From: an uncultured Methanosarcinaceae archaeon
GTDB taxonomy: Archaea; Halobacteriota; Methanosarcinia; Methanosarcinales; Methanosarcinaceae
DNA: 64,000 bases
Assembly (NCBI GenBank): GCA_963727895.1
Contig: CAVSHT010000004.1
Location: forward strand, 128,001-192,000
Direction: 5' to 3'
The translations under genes and the position numbers were made by a program. Positions 21,198-31,934 of the stretch are shown piece after piece. Positions within the stretch are counted from its first letter, which is position 1. Every line of letters begins with the position of its first letter. The notes beneath the pieces are model-generated. The model had not been told where the DNA came from, did no database searches, and worked only from the letters and a program-made list of their open reading frames with translations.

Positions 21198-21661
21198 GAT
21201 AAAGTTCGTTGCTAAAATTTTCGTATTGTACATTAAGGCTATTATTGGTACTTTTATGCCTATTTTTTTAGAGGATTCTTCTTTTATCATTTTCTTTTAT
21301 TTTTACCTATGTTTTTCTTATCCTTTTTAGCTGTCAAAGGGGGGGTCATCGATAGGAAAAAATTTTTACTCAAAAATGAAACAAGTTTCCTGATATTTAA
21401 TTTTCACATATGTATTGGTTTTTGTATTCCATAGTATCTGGAATGAATCTAAGCTCAAACACATAGCTCTAATTAGCCGATATCGAAAATTTTCGTCGAG
21501 TAAACAAAATTAGATAAAATTTGAAGAAAATCCTTGACTTTTGGACACTTACATTAATCCCAAATTTCTAGTAGTAAGCTCAAAAGGTATGTTTCCATTG
21601 TAATATTTTGGCGTAGCCTCCAATATTTATTGTTATTGGGCAATATTCTCTCAAATTTCCC

Positions 21662-21745
21662 TTCTAAGAATTCCCCATTCTATGAGCCTCTTTTCGATGT
21701 CCCTCATTTCGTAATCTGTAAAAGAAAGGTTCTGATAATGTATAA
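21662..21745 (-). pseudogene. second 3'-end fragment of a tyrosine recombinase
   Basis: Translates HYQNLSFTDYEMRDIEKRLIEWGILR. Confidence 0.75.
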
Positions 21746-21901
21746 TAAAGCAACAATAACATAAAAATGTTGCTTTTTAAGAGAATATCTGCTTCAAAAC
21801 CCGAGATTTTACTGAAAATTGTGAGAAAAAGGCAACAAATCGTCTAAAATGTTGACTAGATTTTAGGAGATCTGCATAAATTCGATTACCGGAACCAAAA
21901 C

Positions 21902-22081
21902 GAATATGATAAAAAAGGACAAGTCAATAATCTAAATTACTCTGGTCTTGATTATGTTATATATACTAAATCAATTATTTAATATATTTCTATAATATTG
22001 ATACATCTTTTTGAAGATTTTAACTTTTGTTCATTATCCATAGATTTACATGCTTATTCTGAGATTTTTTGCAACGGAATC
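21902..22081 (+). mobile_element. IS6 3'/right-end remnant
   Basis: Matches the 3' end of the IS6 transposase and IR (ttttttgcaacggaatc). Confidence 0.75.
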
Positions 22082-22136
22082 AGAAAAACAGAGGACTTAC
22101 AAATATATATTATACAGTCTAAATAGTGTAATCGGC

Positions 22137-22643
22137 ATGGATAAATCAGATCGCAAACAAACAATATTAGTATCTCTAACACTTACTATATTAATTGCAA
22201 CAACAACTAGCAGATTTATTACTGAAGATAAAGATAGCTCCTTTTTAACATCAATTGTCTTTTTTTATGGAATGGATGTTGTATTCTTAGCGTTTTATTT
22301 TATCTATATACAGATTCAATCAAAAGAGTCCATATTGACAGAAATATTAGATTTTTGGGGACTTGTTTACATATTCTTGACTAATCTTTCATTGTTCTCA
22401 TTATTAGTATACTCAACATATCCTGATACACAAAATTATATATATGTCTCTATAATCTGTTTGATAGCTACCAACACGGTACTAGGAATCTTAATTGGAG
22501 TAGGTGCTTTCGCAGCCGCTTTTCACATTATTAAGTTAAAATGGATAAAAAGAAAAAGAATTAAAATTTTTCGTGAACCTGAAAATAAACCCCTTTCTTC
22601 ATTGGCAAGTTCGCACGTGAAGAAGAAAAAGAAGAGGATATAA
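22137..22643 (+). CDS. hypothetical membrane protein
   Basis: Four hydrophobic segments, basic tail; the longer ORF-track start lies inside the IS6 remnant. Confidence 0.55.
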   Translation: MDKSDRKQTILVSLTLTILIATTTSRFITEDKDSSFLTSIVFFYGMDVVFLAFYFIYIQIQSKESILTEILDFWGLVYIFLTNLSLFSLLVYSTYPDTQNYIYVSIICLIATNTVLGILIGVGAFAAAFHIIKLKWIKRKRIKIFREPENKPLSSLASSHVKKKKKRI

Positions 22644-22863
22644 AATATGTCTCTATGTAAACCAGTTCGACAGATCTCTATTTGATCCCAATATTCATTC
22701 CAGCGCTAGAGTTAACCTGTCAATTGCATAAATCAAATGGCCAAAAGAATCTTGTGACCCAAAAAGGACGGATCGTTGCCATGTCCCATATTCAATGATT
22801 GTAATGCTCTTATCCAGCAGGTGAGATATCATATTGACTCGTCTCGACCACTCAATTAAATGC

Positions 22864-24042
22864 TCATTTTTCGTTAAATAGCGGCTTTAAGTCCACCTCA
22901 GTCCATTCCTGCGTCTCTGGCATCCTGACCCAAATTTTCAGCTCTTTGGGCACGGCGACTATTTGATAGCTTGTGTCGTTGGGAGCTCTAAATGATCCAC
23001 CTTTCTCCAGAGGGATGTTCATGATCTCCATCATGACCTCGGGATTAAATTTTCCCTTATATTTCTCACCCAAGGCAAGCAGATTTGCACGCCTATGTGC
23101 TGTATATACGGGATCCTGATCATTTAAGGCAATAGGCACAAATCCCCAGGAAGGATCTACAAAGTGATTTGTGGCTACCAGCAGGCCAACTTTATCAGGT
23201 GTCCTACGCATGACATTAGAGGTTGCCCATTCGTAAGAGTAGGCCACTGTTTCGTTAGCTACGTTCACTACAAACGCAAGGTCAGGATAGGATGTATGAA
23301 ATTGAGCATCAATCTGGTCGAGATCAGCTGAATTCTCCAGGAATGAGAACAAAGAAATTAAAGCGGGCATTCTGTCATAACGCGGAATGTTCTCAGAGTT
23401 GTGGCCATCGTTAAGCTCCAGGAATATACCCTCCTTATTCATGCCCGATTCCATTCCGATATGTCCGATGCAGTTTATGCTTGCCAGGGGAATGCTTCCA
23501 TCATTGGGATTGTAGACGACTACAGTTGTGTACTTAGTGGGTTCCGGCCCCAGATCATAATTTCGACCGAAGACCAGCTGGCCATTGGAGGTATAGTTGC
23601 CCCAGGCAGCGACTCCTGAGCACTCCTTTACATGTGGGTTTTCTTGATGTGAGTTTATACAGATAGCTATTTCTTTGATCATATTGTTGACTATCAGCTG
23701 CTTATCAAGCCCCATACCTGAGGTCTCAGCCATTCCGTATATGATCTCCTTGTATCTTTGTGGATAAAACCTGAAGTCAGATCTTGCAGTCTGCAGTATG
23801 GCATCATATGTAAACCTGGGATCTATACTAGTGTTAGTACTCATATTGTCGTAAAATTCGTTCAGCTCATTCTTTTACAGCGTTCCATATTGTCTTCCCA
23901 TGTTCCTATAGCTACCGTGAAGCTCGACGACGTTCAGAGATCCGGCTCTGTAAAGCTTTCCATCCTCAAAGATCATTACAGGATTTTTGGTATCCAGGAC
24001 TAAACTCTCATTGGCAATGTTTGTTCCCATACTAAGATTCAT
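22864..24042 (-). pseudogene. C45-family / Ntn-hydrolase, interrupted by in-frame TAA at 23875
   Basis: VVELHGSYRNMGRQYG, ECSG nucleophile, GRNYD, SGMNKEG, TNHF; both ORF pieces in the same frame. Confidence 0.8.
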
Positions 24043-24341
24043 TGAATTTCTCCCCAAAATTAAATTATAATTATATAGTTAAATATATTTTCTATATTAG
24101 GTACTGTAAACTGTTTGGAATTTTGTAATCATTTAACTTATTTGCGAATGATTATTAACAAATGATCAAAAAAGATACGAACCGTTTGGTATTTGTTCGC
24201 ATATACTTTTCATGGATAATGGACTTGTTGGGCAGTGTCGCAAATTTGCTGTAAATTTGAAGTCAAGTTTTTGTGTATTAGGGGAAAATTGATCTTATGA
24301 TGTGGAATTTTCTACTCAATAACTTCTTGAGATTTGTGATT

Positions 24342-26467
24342 GTTGAATAAGAAAGAGCGATTGCTCGCTCTCCCTCTTCTAAGAACCGGACTTGAAAGTT
24401 TCCCTTCATCCGGCTCAAGTGTTCTATAACCCTTTCTGTATCAGGCAGCAGTTTTTTTTCAAACGGATTGACTTTTCCTTGAACTTAATTTATTATGACG
24501 TTCATGGAAGTAGTCGATATCAAGAAATGGATTCATTTGCAGTTTTAAAGGAATGTGTCTATGGATTTTAGTTTTGGATAAAAGCAACAAACTGTTTCTT
24601 TCTGTTCTGAAGTTCCATTTTCGTGTAGCACTTTGCTTCCAATATTTGTTGATAATCCAATTTTTGGATTTGTTTGGATGTCTTCTTTTAGCCCATCTCC
24701 ATAACATTTCCCACATTCGATGGTCAAGTGTCTGGAATGTTTCAGAAGAGACCACTGAATTATGATAGTTAGTCCAACCTCTAATTATTGGATTTAGTTT
24801 GGAAATTAAGTTATCTTGGGACCATGCTATCCCTTTTCTTAAGGTTTGACTAATTGTTTCAGTGAATCTTTTAATGGACTTCTTGGAAGGCTTGGTCAGT
24901 AGCTTGCCTTTGTACTCGCGAAAATTCCAGCCCAGAAAGTCGAAGCCTTCATAATATTTGTGATAAGAGTTTTATCATCAGACAGTTCAAGACCTCTTTC
25001 TTTAAGAAAAACAGCAATCTTATCTTTGATTTCTCTGGCAGTTTCTTCTGAATTAGCAGTTACTATGAAATCATCGCAGTACCTGATGAAGTTAATCTTG
25101 GTTGAATTCTTTTTTTTTAGGGTATTCATCCAAAAGTAACTTCTCAAGACCGTCCAATGTCATATTAGCCAAGATAGGGGAGATCATTCCGCCTTGTGGT
25201 GTGCCTGCTTTTGTTGGATTTGTGTGACGTTTGTAAATAAATCCTGCTTTGAGAAATTGAATTAATACTGATTTTTCCATTGGAATATTGGCCAGTAACC
25301 ACTGATGATTAATGTTATCGAAACACCCTTTAATATCGCCTTCTAAAATCCATTGCGCTGAATTTTTCTTGCTTAGACATAGAAAGATTTGCTCACAAGC
25401 ATCCTTAGTACTTCGGTGTTTTCTAAAGCCAAAGGACCTTATATCAGACAAGGTTTCAGCTATGGGGTCAAGAGCTAATGCGTATAAAGACTGCACAGCT
25501 CTATCATACATTGTAGGGATACCTAAAGGACGTCTCTTCTTTTTACCAGGTTTATTAATGAAAACTCTTTTGAGGGGTTTAGCTTTGTATCTTTTATCAG
25601 TAAGAATAAGAACAGCTTTCATCCTAGAGTCGGGTGTTAGCCATTTCTCACCATCGATTCCAGATGTCCTTTTTCCTTTATTTTGAATGACTCTTCTTAC
25701 TGCCAATAGTTTGGCAGAATAGAAATGTGTCAGTAAATATTGTAATCTCTTAATAAGGTTCCATTTGTTTTGTAAAACTGCTTTTGTAATTCGGGTTTGC
25801 AACTTATTAACGCTTTTCTCTACTTTATGCCAGTTGATACTTTTCTATTTCTGGGAGAGATAAGCGTCTGTAAGCTTCTTATCCTGAAGGGATATCGTTG
25901 AAATACTTACATTCAGAAGTTTGCCTCCTTTCATACAATAGAACACCATCAGTAAGTCTGCATCCTTTCGGATCAAGGCAAAGTTTGAACCTCTATCCAA
26001 TTCATTACAAATTGACATTCGCTTTTTACTGAATCCTATACCCTCTATGCAATTAATTCCCTTCACAGAGTTTCTACCCTTTTTTTTTAATTAAAAGGAG
26101 CATATAGGGCTTACCAAGTTTTATGTCACAAATAATGTAAATGTTTTAGAAGCCATCTATAGACCGGAAAGTGTATGTCCATTTTCTGCGACGTCTGTAA
26201 CACCATCGCACCCTGCTTTCATACCGTTTGGTTCAAGCGTATCAGTCTAGTTTCGCTTGTCATGAGTCACGACCCGTACAATGATTCAACATATGTTTCT
26301 TCATAGCATTTTTACCCTAGCAGATGACCCAAGTTAGACTTTCAGGCTTTTCCACATTGTCTTACGAGCTTAGTACAACTGCATTACTGCTGATGCACCT
26401 CATAATAGGATTACTCTAAATGGAAAGAGTAGCACAAGGCAATTTATGACATAACATCTTGTCGCAC
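24342..26467 (-). ncRNA. group II intron (probably chloroplast-like class)
   Basis: 5' GTGCG, domain V GAGCCGGATGAAGGGAAACTTTCAAGTCCGGTTC, domain VI hairpin ending AAC. Confidence 0.93.
24459..25916 (-). pseudogene. ltrA: intron-encoded reverse transcriptase/maturase without an evident endonuclease domain; TAG at 25845, two frameshifts, CTG start
   Basis: RPLGIPTMYDR, EGDIKGCFDNI, GTPQGG.ISP, RYCDD, X-domain RWAKRRHP. Confidence 0.9.
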
Positions 26468-26554
26468 TTACAGAACTTATGTTACACTGTCACTTGTTGC
26501 CTCTGATGGAACAAAGGTTCTCACAATTGCAGAATACAATCAATTTATTAATTT

Positions 26555-27294
26555 GATATTGATAACCAAAAATAGTTATCTTTTATTAGAAAGTATATTT
26601 CTGCATGAATTGCCCCAGATGCAATAGTTCTAATCACAAAAAGAATGGTATAGTTGGTGGTCATCAACACTATAAATGTCATGATTGTGGCTATAACTAT
26701 ACAGTAGAGCTAAAATCAACTGCTTTTTCCACTTCTGTCAAAAAACAGGCTTTACAACTCTATCTTGAAGGATTAGGCTTTCGCTCAATAGGAAGAATTT
26801 CAGGGGTGAGTCATGTTTCTGTCCAAAGATGGATAAAGAAATTTGGTCAGGAGTTAGAGGCCCTAAAAAGTGAAAATGAGATATCTATTGTTGAAATGGA
26901 TGAGATGCATACTTACATAGGTAACAAAAAAAATATTGTTGGATCTGGATTGCTGTTGATAGATTTGGGAAAAAGTTCATCAACTGCTCTTTTGGTAACA
27001 GAGGAACAGAAACTGGAAAACTACTCTGGGAAAAATTGAAGAAAAAAGAGATTGGAGAAGTGATGACAGATTACTGGAGGGCATATGCAGAGTTTATTCC
27101 TGAAACGATTCATACTCAATCAAAAGCAGAAACATTTACAGTTGAGGGATATAACAGCATATTGAGGCATTTTCTGGCAAGATTGAGAAGAAAAACAAAG
27201 TGTTATACGAAGAGTCTTGAAATGCTAAAGTACTCGGTTATTATATTGATGAAATACAGAAATAAAGAACTAGATATAGTTAAGTAACAATGCC
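26555..27294 (+). mobile_element. IS1-family element
   Basis: InsA/InsB-like ORFs joined by an A8 slippery site; right end aacaatgcc. Confidence 0.9.
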
Positions 27295-27370
27295 AAATTA
27301 TAATGTGAAAATATAATGTAAAAACGTTTCTTGATCTGTGAACTTAAATCGTTACTTGAGGGTGAAATTA

Positions 27371-27508
27371 ATGGAAAAATGTGAAAGTTTTAGAAAAGAA
27401 GTTGAAAATTTTGTAACAATCAAAGGGCAAAAACTTTGCATCGAATGTGCCATTAAAACTCAAAAGGATATTGACCCGGACAGTCTAAACTTCAGTGCAT
27501 GTATATAA
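27371..27508 (+). CDS. 45-aa zinc-finger-like small protein
   Basis: MEKCESF...LCIECA...SACI; GAGGGTGA RBS; first CxxC incomplete. Confidence 0.55.
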   Translation: MEKCESFRKEVENFVTIKGQKLCIECAIKTQKDIDPDSLNFSACI

Positions 27509-27768
27509 TTTTAGTAAAATTATTTTTAGGTTAAATTCTTTTGATAAACCATTCATGCTCTTTGAAACCTGACTACTATGTAGGAGCTTGCAGTAATTTA
27601 AACATCAATAGGCTTTGAGCCTGATAAAAATTTCCCACCTTATTATTCCTTACTTCGACTCTTTGATGTTGTGATAGGAAAAGTTAATCATAAGGGAAAT
27701 ACATTGTAAGCTTTACATACTTAAAAACATTATAACAAAGTTTTCAAATTTCTTGTGGAGTATCATTC

Positions 27769-28701
27769 TTGACTGTGAAAAAAGCACTTATCCCCGCGGC
27801 AGGCCTTGGGACACGCTTTTTGCCTGCTACCAAATCAATGCCTAAAGAAATGCTTCCTATTATTGATACACCTGTTATCCATTATGTAGTAGAGGAGGCA
27901 ATTGCCTCAGGTATCGAAGACATAATTATTATTACAGGAAGAGGTAAGAGAGCAATAGAAGACTATTTTGATGATTCTCCCGAACTTGAAATGCACCTTG
28001 AGAAGAGACATAATAAGGAACTTTTACAACTGGTTAGAGATGTTTCCTCTCTTGTGGACATTCACTATATCCGCCAGAAAGAACCAAATGGACTTGGAGA
28101 TGCGATCCTCAGGGCAGAAAATCATATTGGAGACGAACCTTTTGCCGTATTGCTGGGTGACGACATTATTGTGAATGACAAGCCTTGCACTGCCCAACTT
28201 ATTGAATATTTTGAAAAATATGGACGATCTACACTCGCAGTGGAAGAAGTACCTTATGAAAAATTGAGCAGTTATGGAATTATAAAAGGAAAACCCCTAA
28301 ATGATTCTCTATATGTACTGGAAGATATTATCGAAAAGCCATCACCTGAAAAAGCTCCCTCTAATATAGGAGCCATCGGTCGTTACGTCTTTACCCCTGA
28401 AATCTTTGACTGCATAAAAAAAGCAGGAACAGGAGTTGGAAACGAAATTCAGTTGACGGATGGAATCAGGATTCTTAACAGGTCGCAGACAATCTACGCC
28501 TGCAGGTTCAAAGGAAAAAGATTTGATACAGGTGACAGATTAGGGTATGTGAAATCGATAATAGATTTTGCTCTTGAAAATCAAAATCTCAAAGAAGACG
28601 TACTTGAATATATCAGAGAAATCATTGAAACTGAAAAAGTTCCGGAACAGGAAAAAACTGATATAATCAAAAAGTTATCAGTTGACAAAATCACATCTTA
28701 A
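27769..28701 (+). CDS. galU: UTP-glucose-1-phosphate uridylyltransferase
   Basis: PAAGLGTRFLPATK..PKEMLP, RQKEPNGLGDA, EIQLTD. Confidence 0.96.
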   Translation: MTVKKALIPAAGLGTRFLPATKSMPKEMLPIIDTPVIHYVVEEAIASGIEDIIIITGRGKRAIEDYFDDSPELEMHLEKRHNKELLQLVRDVSSLVDIHYIRQKEPNGLGDAILRAENHIGDEPFAVLLGDDIIVNDKPCTAQLIEYFEKYGRSTLAVEEVPYEKLSSYGIIKGKPLNDSLYVLEDIIEKPSPEKAPSNIGAIGRYVFTPEIFDCIKKAGTGVGNEIQLTDGIRILNRSQTIYACRFKGKRFDTGDRLGYVKSIIDFALENQNLKEDVLEYIREIIETEKVPEQEKTDIIKKLSVDKITS

Positions 28702-28765
28702 TGAGAAAGGAATTTGGGCAAGAACTAATAATTAGAAATTAAAAAACCTGATAAAAAAGATTTAG

Positions 28766-28848
28766 TGCGGGAGAAGGGATTCGAACCCCTGAACGCCTAC
28801 GCGAAACGATCTTGAGTCGTTCACCGTTGACCACTTGGTTACTCCCGC
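28766..28848 (-). tRNA. tRNA-Leu(CAA)
   Basis: Cloverleaf GCGGGAG/CTCCCGC, anticodon arm AACGA-CTCAAGA-TCGTT, long variable arm, GTTCGAATC. Confidence 0.95.
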
Positions 28849-29080
28849 ATTTCAGGAATCCAATAAGGTAACGACAGAACTAGCATATAAAGCTAATCCT
28901 GTGGAAAAACTGTGTTTAAAATTTAAATTAAAAGAAATTTAGGATCATTCTGGATTAATCTTGCTAACTCAACTTTATACTTTGTACTGTTTGGCGTAGT
29001 CTGTTAGACTTCAAAGTTTTTAGATTAAGAGTCTTCAATTTTTATTATTTTTACTTCAACATTATATTTTTGCCTGAGTT

Positions 29081-29398
29081 TCATGCCTCTTTTTCTGAAC
29101 AATTAACTTGAAGACATTCAAGATATTCCTTTTCTCCCTCAATATTCCAAAATTCTATAGCAGACATTTCATATGTGTGTAACGACTTTACTAGTTTTGT
29201 GGTTTCTTCAAAACGTGAAGAATCAGTTTTTACAAACATAGCAATTTCATTATCTTCTTCAATATTTTCAGTCCAACTGTATATTGAAGATACTGGAAAC
29301 ATATTTACACAGGCTTCAAGCCTTCTTGAAACCAACTCTCTTGCTATCTGTGATGCATTCTCCATATTTCCGGCAGTAATATATACAATTCCGAGCAT
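29081..29398 (-). CDS. cutA: divalent-cation tolerance protein CutA
   Basis: VYITA, ACVNMFPVSSIYSW, E..M.VKT, LHTYE. Confidence 0.9.
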   Translation of the reverse strand: MLGIVYITAGNMENASQIARELVSRRLEACVNMFPVSSIYSWTENIEEDNEIAMFVKTDSSRFEETTKLVKSLHTYEMSAIEFWNIEGEKEYLECLQVNCSEKEA

Positions 29399-29929
29399 GA
29401 GTAAACACCTCATGGACACTTAATGTTGTAAACAAGAGTTTTAACTTAAAACACATTCTTTTCTATGGAACAAGTATTTATCGCCTCTAAATACGGAACT
29501 ATCAGCTTTGATAACGAAACTGGTTTTTAAAATATATGAATTCATACATTTATTGCATTACATATGAATTCCCATATAAATTTATATATAAATAAAATTA
29601 TTTATAATTAGTACATTTTCTTAGATTGAATCCTGGTTAAAAAAAGGCAATATATATCGATTTAAAACAGTAAGATTACTGTAACATTTTTATATTATGT
29701 TGGGTACTAAAATTCAACGCGATGAATTAATTGATGTAGAATCGGATTTATATACTACAGTATAAAAATTTAGAGACCAGTTTAATCCAACATTTTAGAT
29801 TTATAACCAAATCCAAAATTCATAATATTACAAGTATCTGGTTAAGCTTAATTCAAAACATATTAATCTTAATTCATAACTGGTTAAGCTTAATTATATT
29901 AGTTTAGCTTAATAATTTGGAGAATTTCC

Positions 29930-31723
29930 TTGAATGGCACAAACATTGCACTGAGTATTTTTTTACTATACTGGTTCGCAGTTTCCTTTCTTGACAGGAA
30001 AGGTATACTGAAAAAGTATAACATAAGCACCTTCGGGCCACTTCCCATCCTTATGATCAGGACAACTAAGGGACTTAAATTATTGGATGTATTGGCCCGT
30101 CCAAAGTCTTATTGGAGATATTTTGCAAACCTTGGAATCCTATTGATGTTTGCAGGCATGACTGCAATGTTCCTGGTCATAGCTCTCTCAGACGTTGGAT
30201 TGTATACTTCATTCCTTAATGGAAACGTGCCAGCACCGGGAAAATATAATGCTCCAAGAAATATCCTGCTTATCCCTGGAATAAACGAATTCATTCCCTT
30301 TACCTGGGGAGTTATTGCTCTCGTAGTTACACTTGTAGTCCATGAATTTTCGCATGCTATTCTCTGCAGAGTTGAAGGCATCAGAGTCAAATCAATGGGA
30401 ATTCTGTATGCTTTTGTTCCTATCGGAGGTTTTGCGGAGCCTGATGATGAACAGCTTTTCGGGTCAAAAGAAAAAGTAGAAACTGAACCTCCTCTCACAG
30501 CTACAATCGACGAAATTGAAGAATGGGAAAAAGAAGAGAAAATCAGGCGAGAAACTGAGGAAACACAATATCAAAAACAGGAATCTAAGCCTGTAGTAGC
30601 TACAAGGATTCAGAGATCACGGATTCTTGCAGCAGGCGTTATGGCCAATTTCACTGTGGCTTTTATCGCTTTTCTGCTGTTTTTCGGGCCCGTACTTGGA
30701 GCAATAGCTCCTCTCAGTGATGTCATGGTCTTACATGTAAATGAAAGTTCTCCGGCTGATCTTGCAGGGATCAAGGAAGGCATGATAATAACCCAGGTCA
30801 ATAATACGAATATAACTACAGCAACCGATTTACTAACTTACCTTCAGAAAACAAAGGTGGGAGATACTGTCAGAATTTATGCAGAAAAAAATAATACCGT
30901 TTCCATACATGATTTACATATCTCCTCAGATCCTAATAACTATGTAGGTGGAGTGCTTGTAGGAGGAATTGTTTCGGGAAGTCCTGCGGAAGCTGCAGGA
31001 ATTAAAACCGGAATGAAAATGATCAAAATTAACAATACGGAAATGCAAAATATTGCAAGTTTCGCAAACGTTATGGGAACAACTAAGGCAAATCAGACCG
31101 TAAAAATAGAAATGATCCCTCCTGATAACTACACAGGCAAGCTTACTCAAAATGGGACTGTTATTTTCGATGTGAAGTTATCTTCCAATCCAGAAGAAAA
31201 TGATCACGGTTATCTGGGAGTTATTTATGGAAATAACGAAGTTGCCGATCTTCCCGGACTCGGAATGTCTATATGGATGCCACAGGCTAAAGTGTATCTT
31301 GAAGCTTTGAAACAAATTCCATCCTTACTAACTGTGCCTGCAGGCTGGATTATTATTTTTGGTCTTCCCATTTACGGATTTGCAGGTGAAGGATTCAGAG
31401 GTTTTTCAGGTACTCTTATGCAGTTTTACCATCCTGTAGGTTGGGCAGAACCTCTGGGAATAGGAATTTTCTGGATTGCAAATACTTTACTATGGATTGG
31501 CTGGCTTAATTTCTATGTCGGCCTATTCAACTGTTTGCCTGCCGTACCTCTGGACGGAGGACACGTATTTAGGGACTCGACATATTCCTTTGTATATAGG
31601 CTCACCAGAAACGACTCTATATCGGAAAAGATCTCAAACTCTATCACAGCAAGCTTTTCGATGTTGATTTTGTTTTCTTTTATATTTATGATAGTTGGGC
31701 CTTATCTAGGACAGTGGATCTAA
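29930..31723 (+). CDS. site-2 protease (M50) with two PDZ domains
   Basis: HEFSH, AGVMAN, FNCLPAVPLDGG, two SPA..AG PDZ motifs. Confidence 0.92.
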   Translation: MNGTNIALSIFLLYWFAVSFLDRKGILKKYNISTFGPLPILMIRTTKGLKLLDVLARPKSYWRYFANLGILLMFAGMTAMFLVIALSDVGLYTSFLNGNVPAPGKYNAPRNILLIPGINEFIPFTWGVIALVVTLVVHEFSHAILCRVEGIRVKSMGILYAFVPIGGFAEPDDEQLFGSKEKVETEPPLTATIDEIEEWEKEEKIRRETEETQYQKQESKPVVATRIQRSRILAAGVMANFTVAFIAFLLFFGPVLGAIAPLSDVMVLHVNESSPADLAGIKEGMIITQVNNTNITTATDLLTYLQKTKVGDTVRIYAEKNNTVSIHDLHISSDPNNYVGGVLVGGIVSGSPAEAAGIKTGMKMIKINNTEMQNIASFANVMGTTKANQTVKIEMIPPDNYTGKLTQNGTVIFDVKLSSNPEENDHGYLGVIYGNNEVADLPGLGMSIWMPQAKVYLEALKQIPSLLTVPAGWIIIFGLPIYGFAGEGFRGFSGTLMQFYHPVGWAEPLGIGIFWIANTLLWIGWLNFYVGLFNCLPAVPLDGGHVFRDSTYSFVYRLTRNDSISEKISNSITASFSMLILFSFIFMIVGPYLGQWI

Positions 31724-31934
31724 AAAAGTCTTAAGTCCCTTATTACTCAGCGTTCAAAGAAGCAGAATGCTGGGTTATCACTTTTTTTCGGCTACAGAAT
31801 TTTTTTCTTGCTTCCTATGTTTGAAATGCTAAATGTAATGTAGCTAAAGATAATTGCTTCTATGTTAATTTATTAGTAACATCTATAAGATTTCTCAGCT
31901 TTATATAAAGAAAGTTTTCAAGCAAGATTTAAAT

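Larger units (their letters stand above)
24231..26491. mobile_element. 135-bp MITE (family C, IS6-like ends) carrying the group II intron
   Basis: Imperfect TIRs GGCAGTGTCGCAAA / GACAGTGTAACATA; 8-bp direct repeat ACTTGTTG at 24223-24230 and 26492-26499. Confidence 0.75.

Noticed and set aside
25845..25847. In-frame TAG codons (also about 16250 and 34756) as pyrrolysine sites
   Set aside because: All lie in otherwise damaged or truncated genes and look like single substitutions from sense codons
24459..25916. Retron or diversity-generating retroelement RT
   Set aside because: Embedded between clear group II intron 5' end and domains V/VI; no template/variable repeat pair seen
29838..29895. 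Direct repeat CTGGTTAAGCTTAATT x2 upstream of the site-2 protease
   Set aside because: Only two copies in AT-rich DNA; regulatory role cannot be supported
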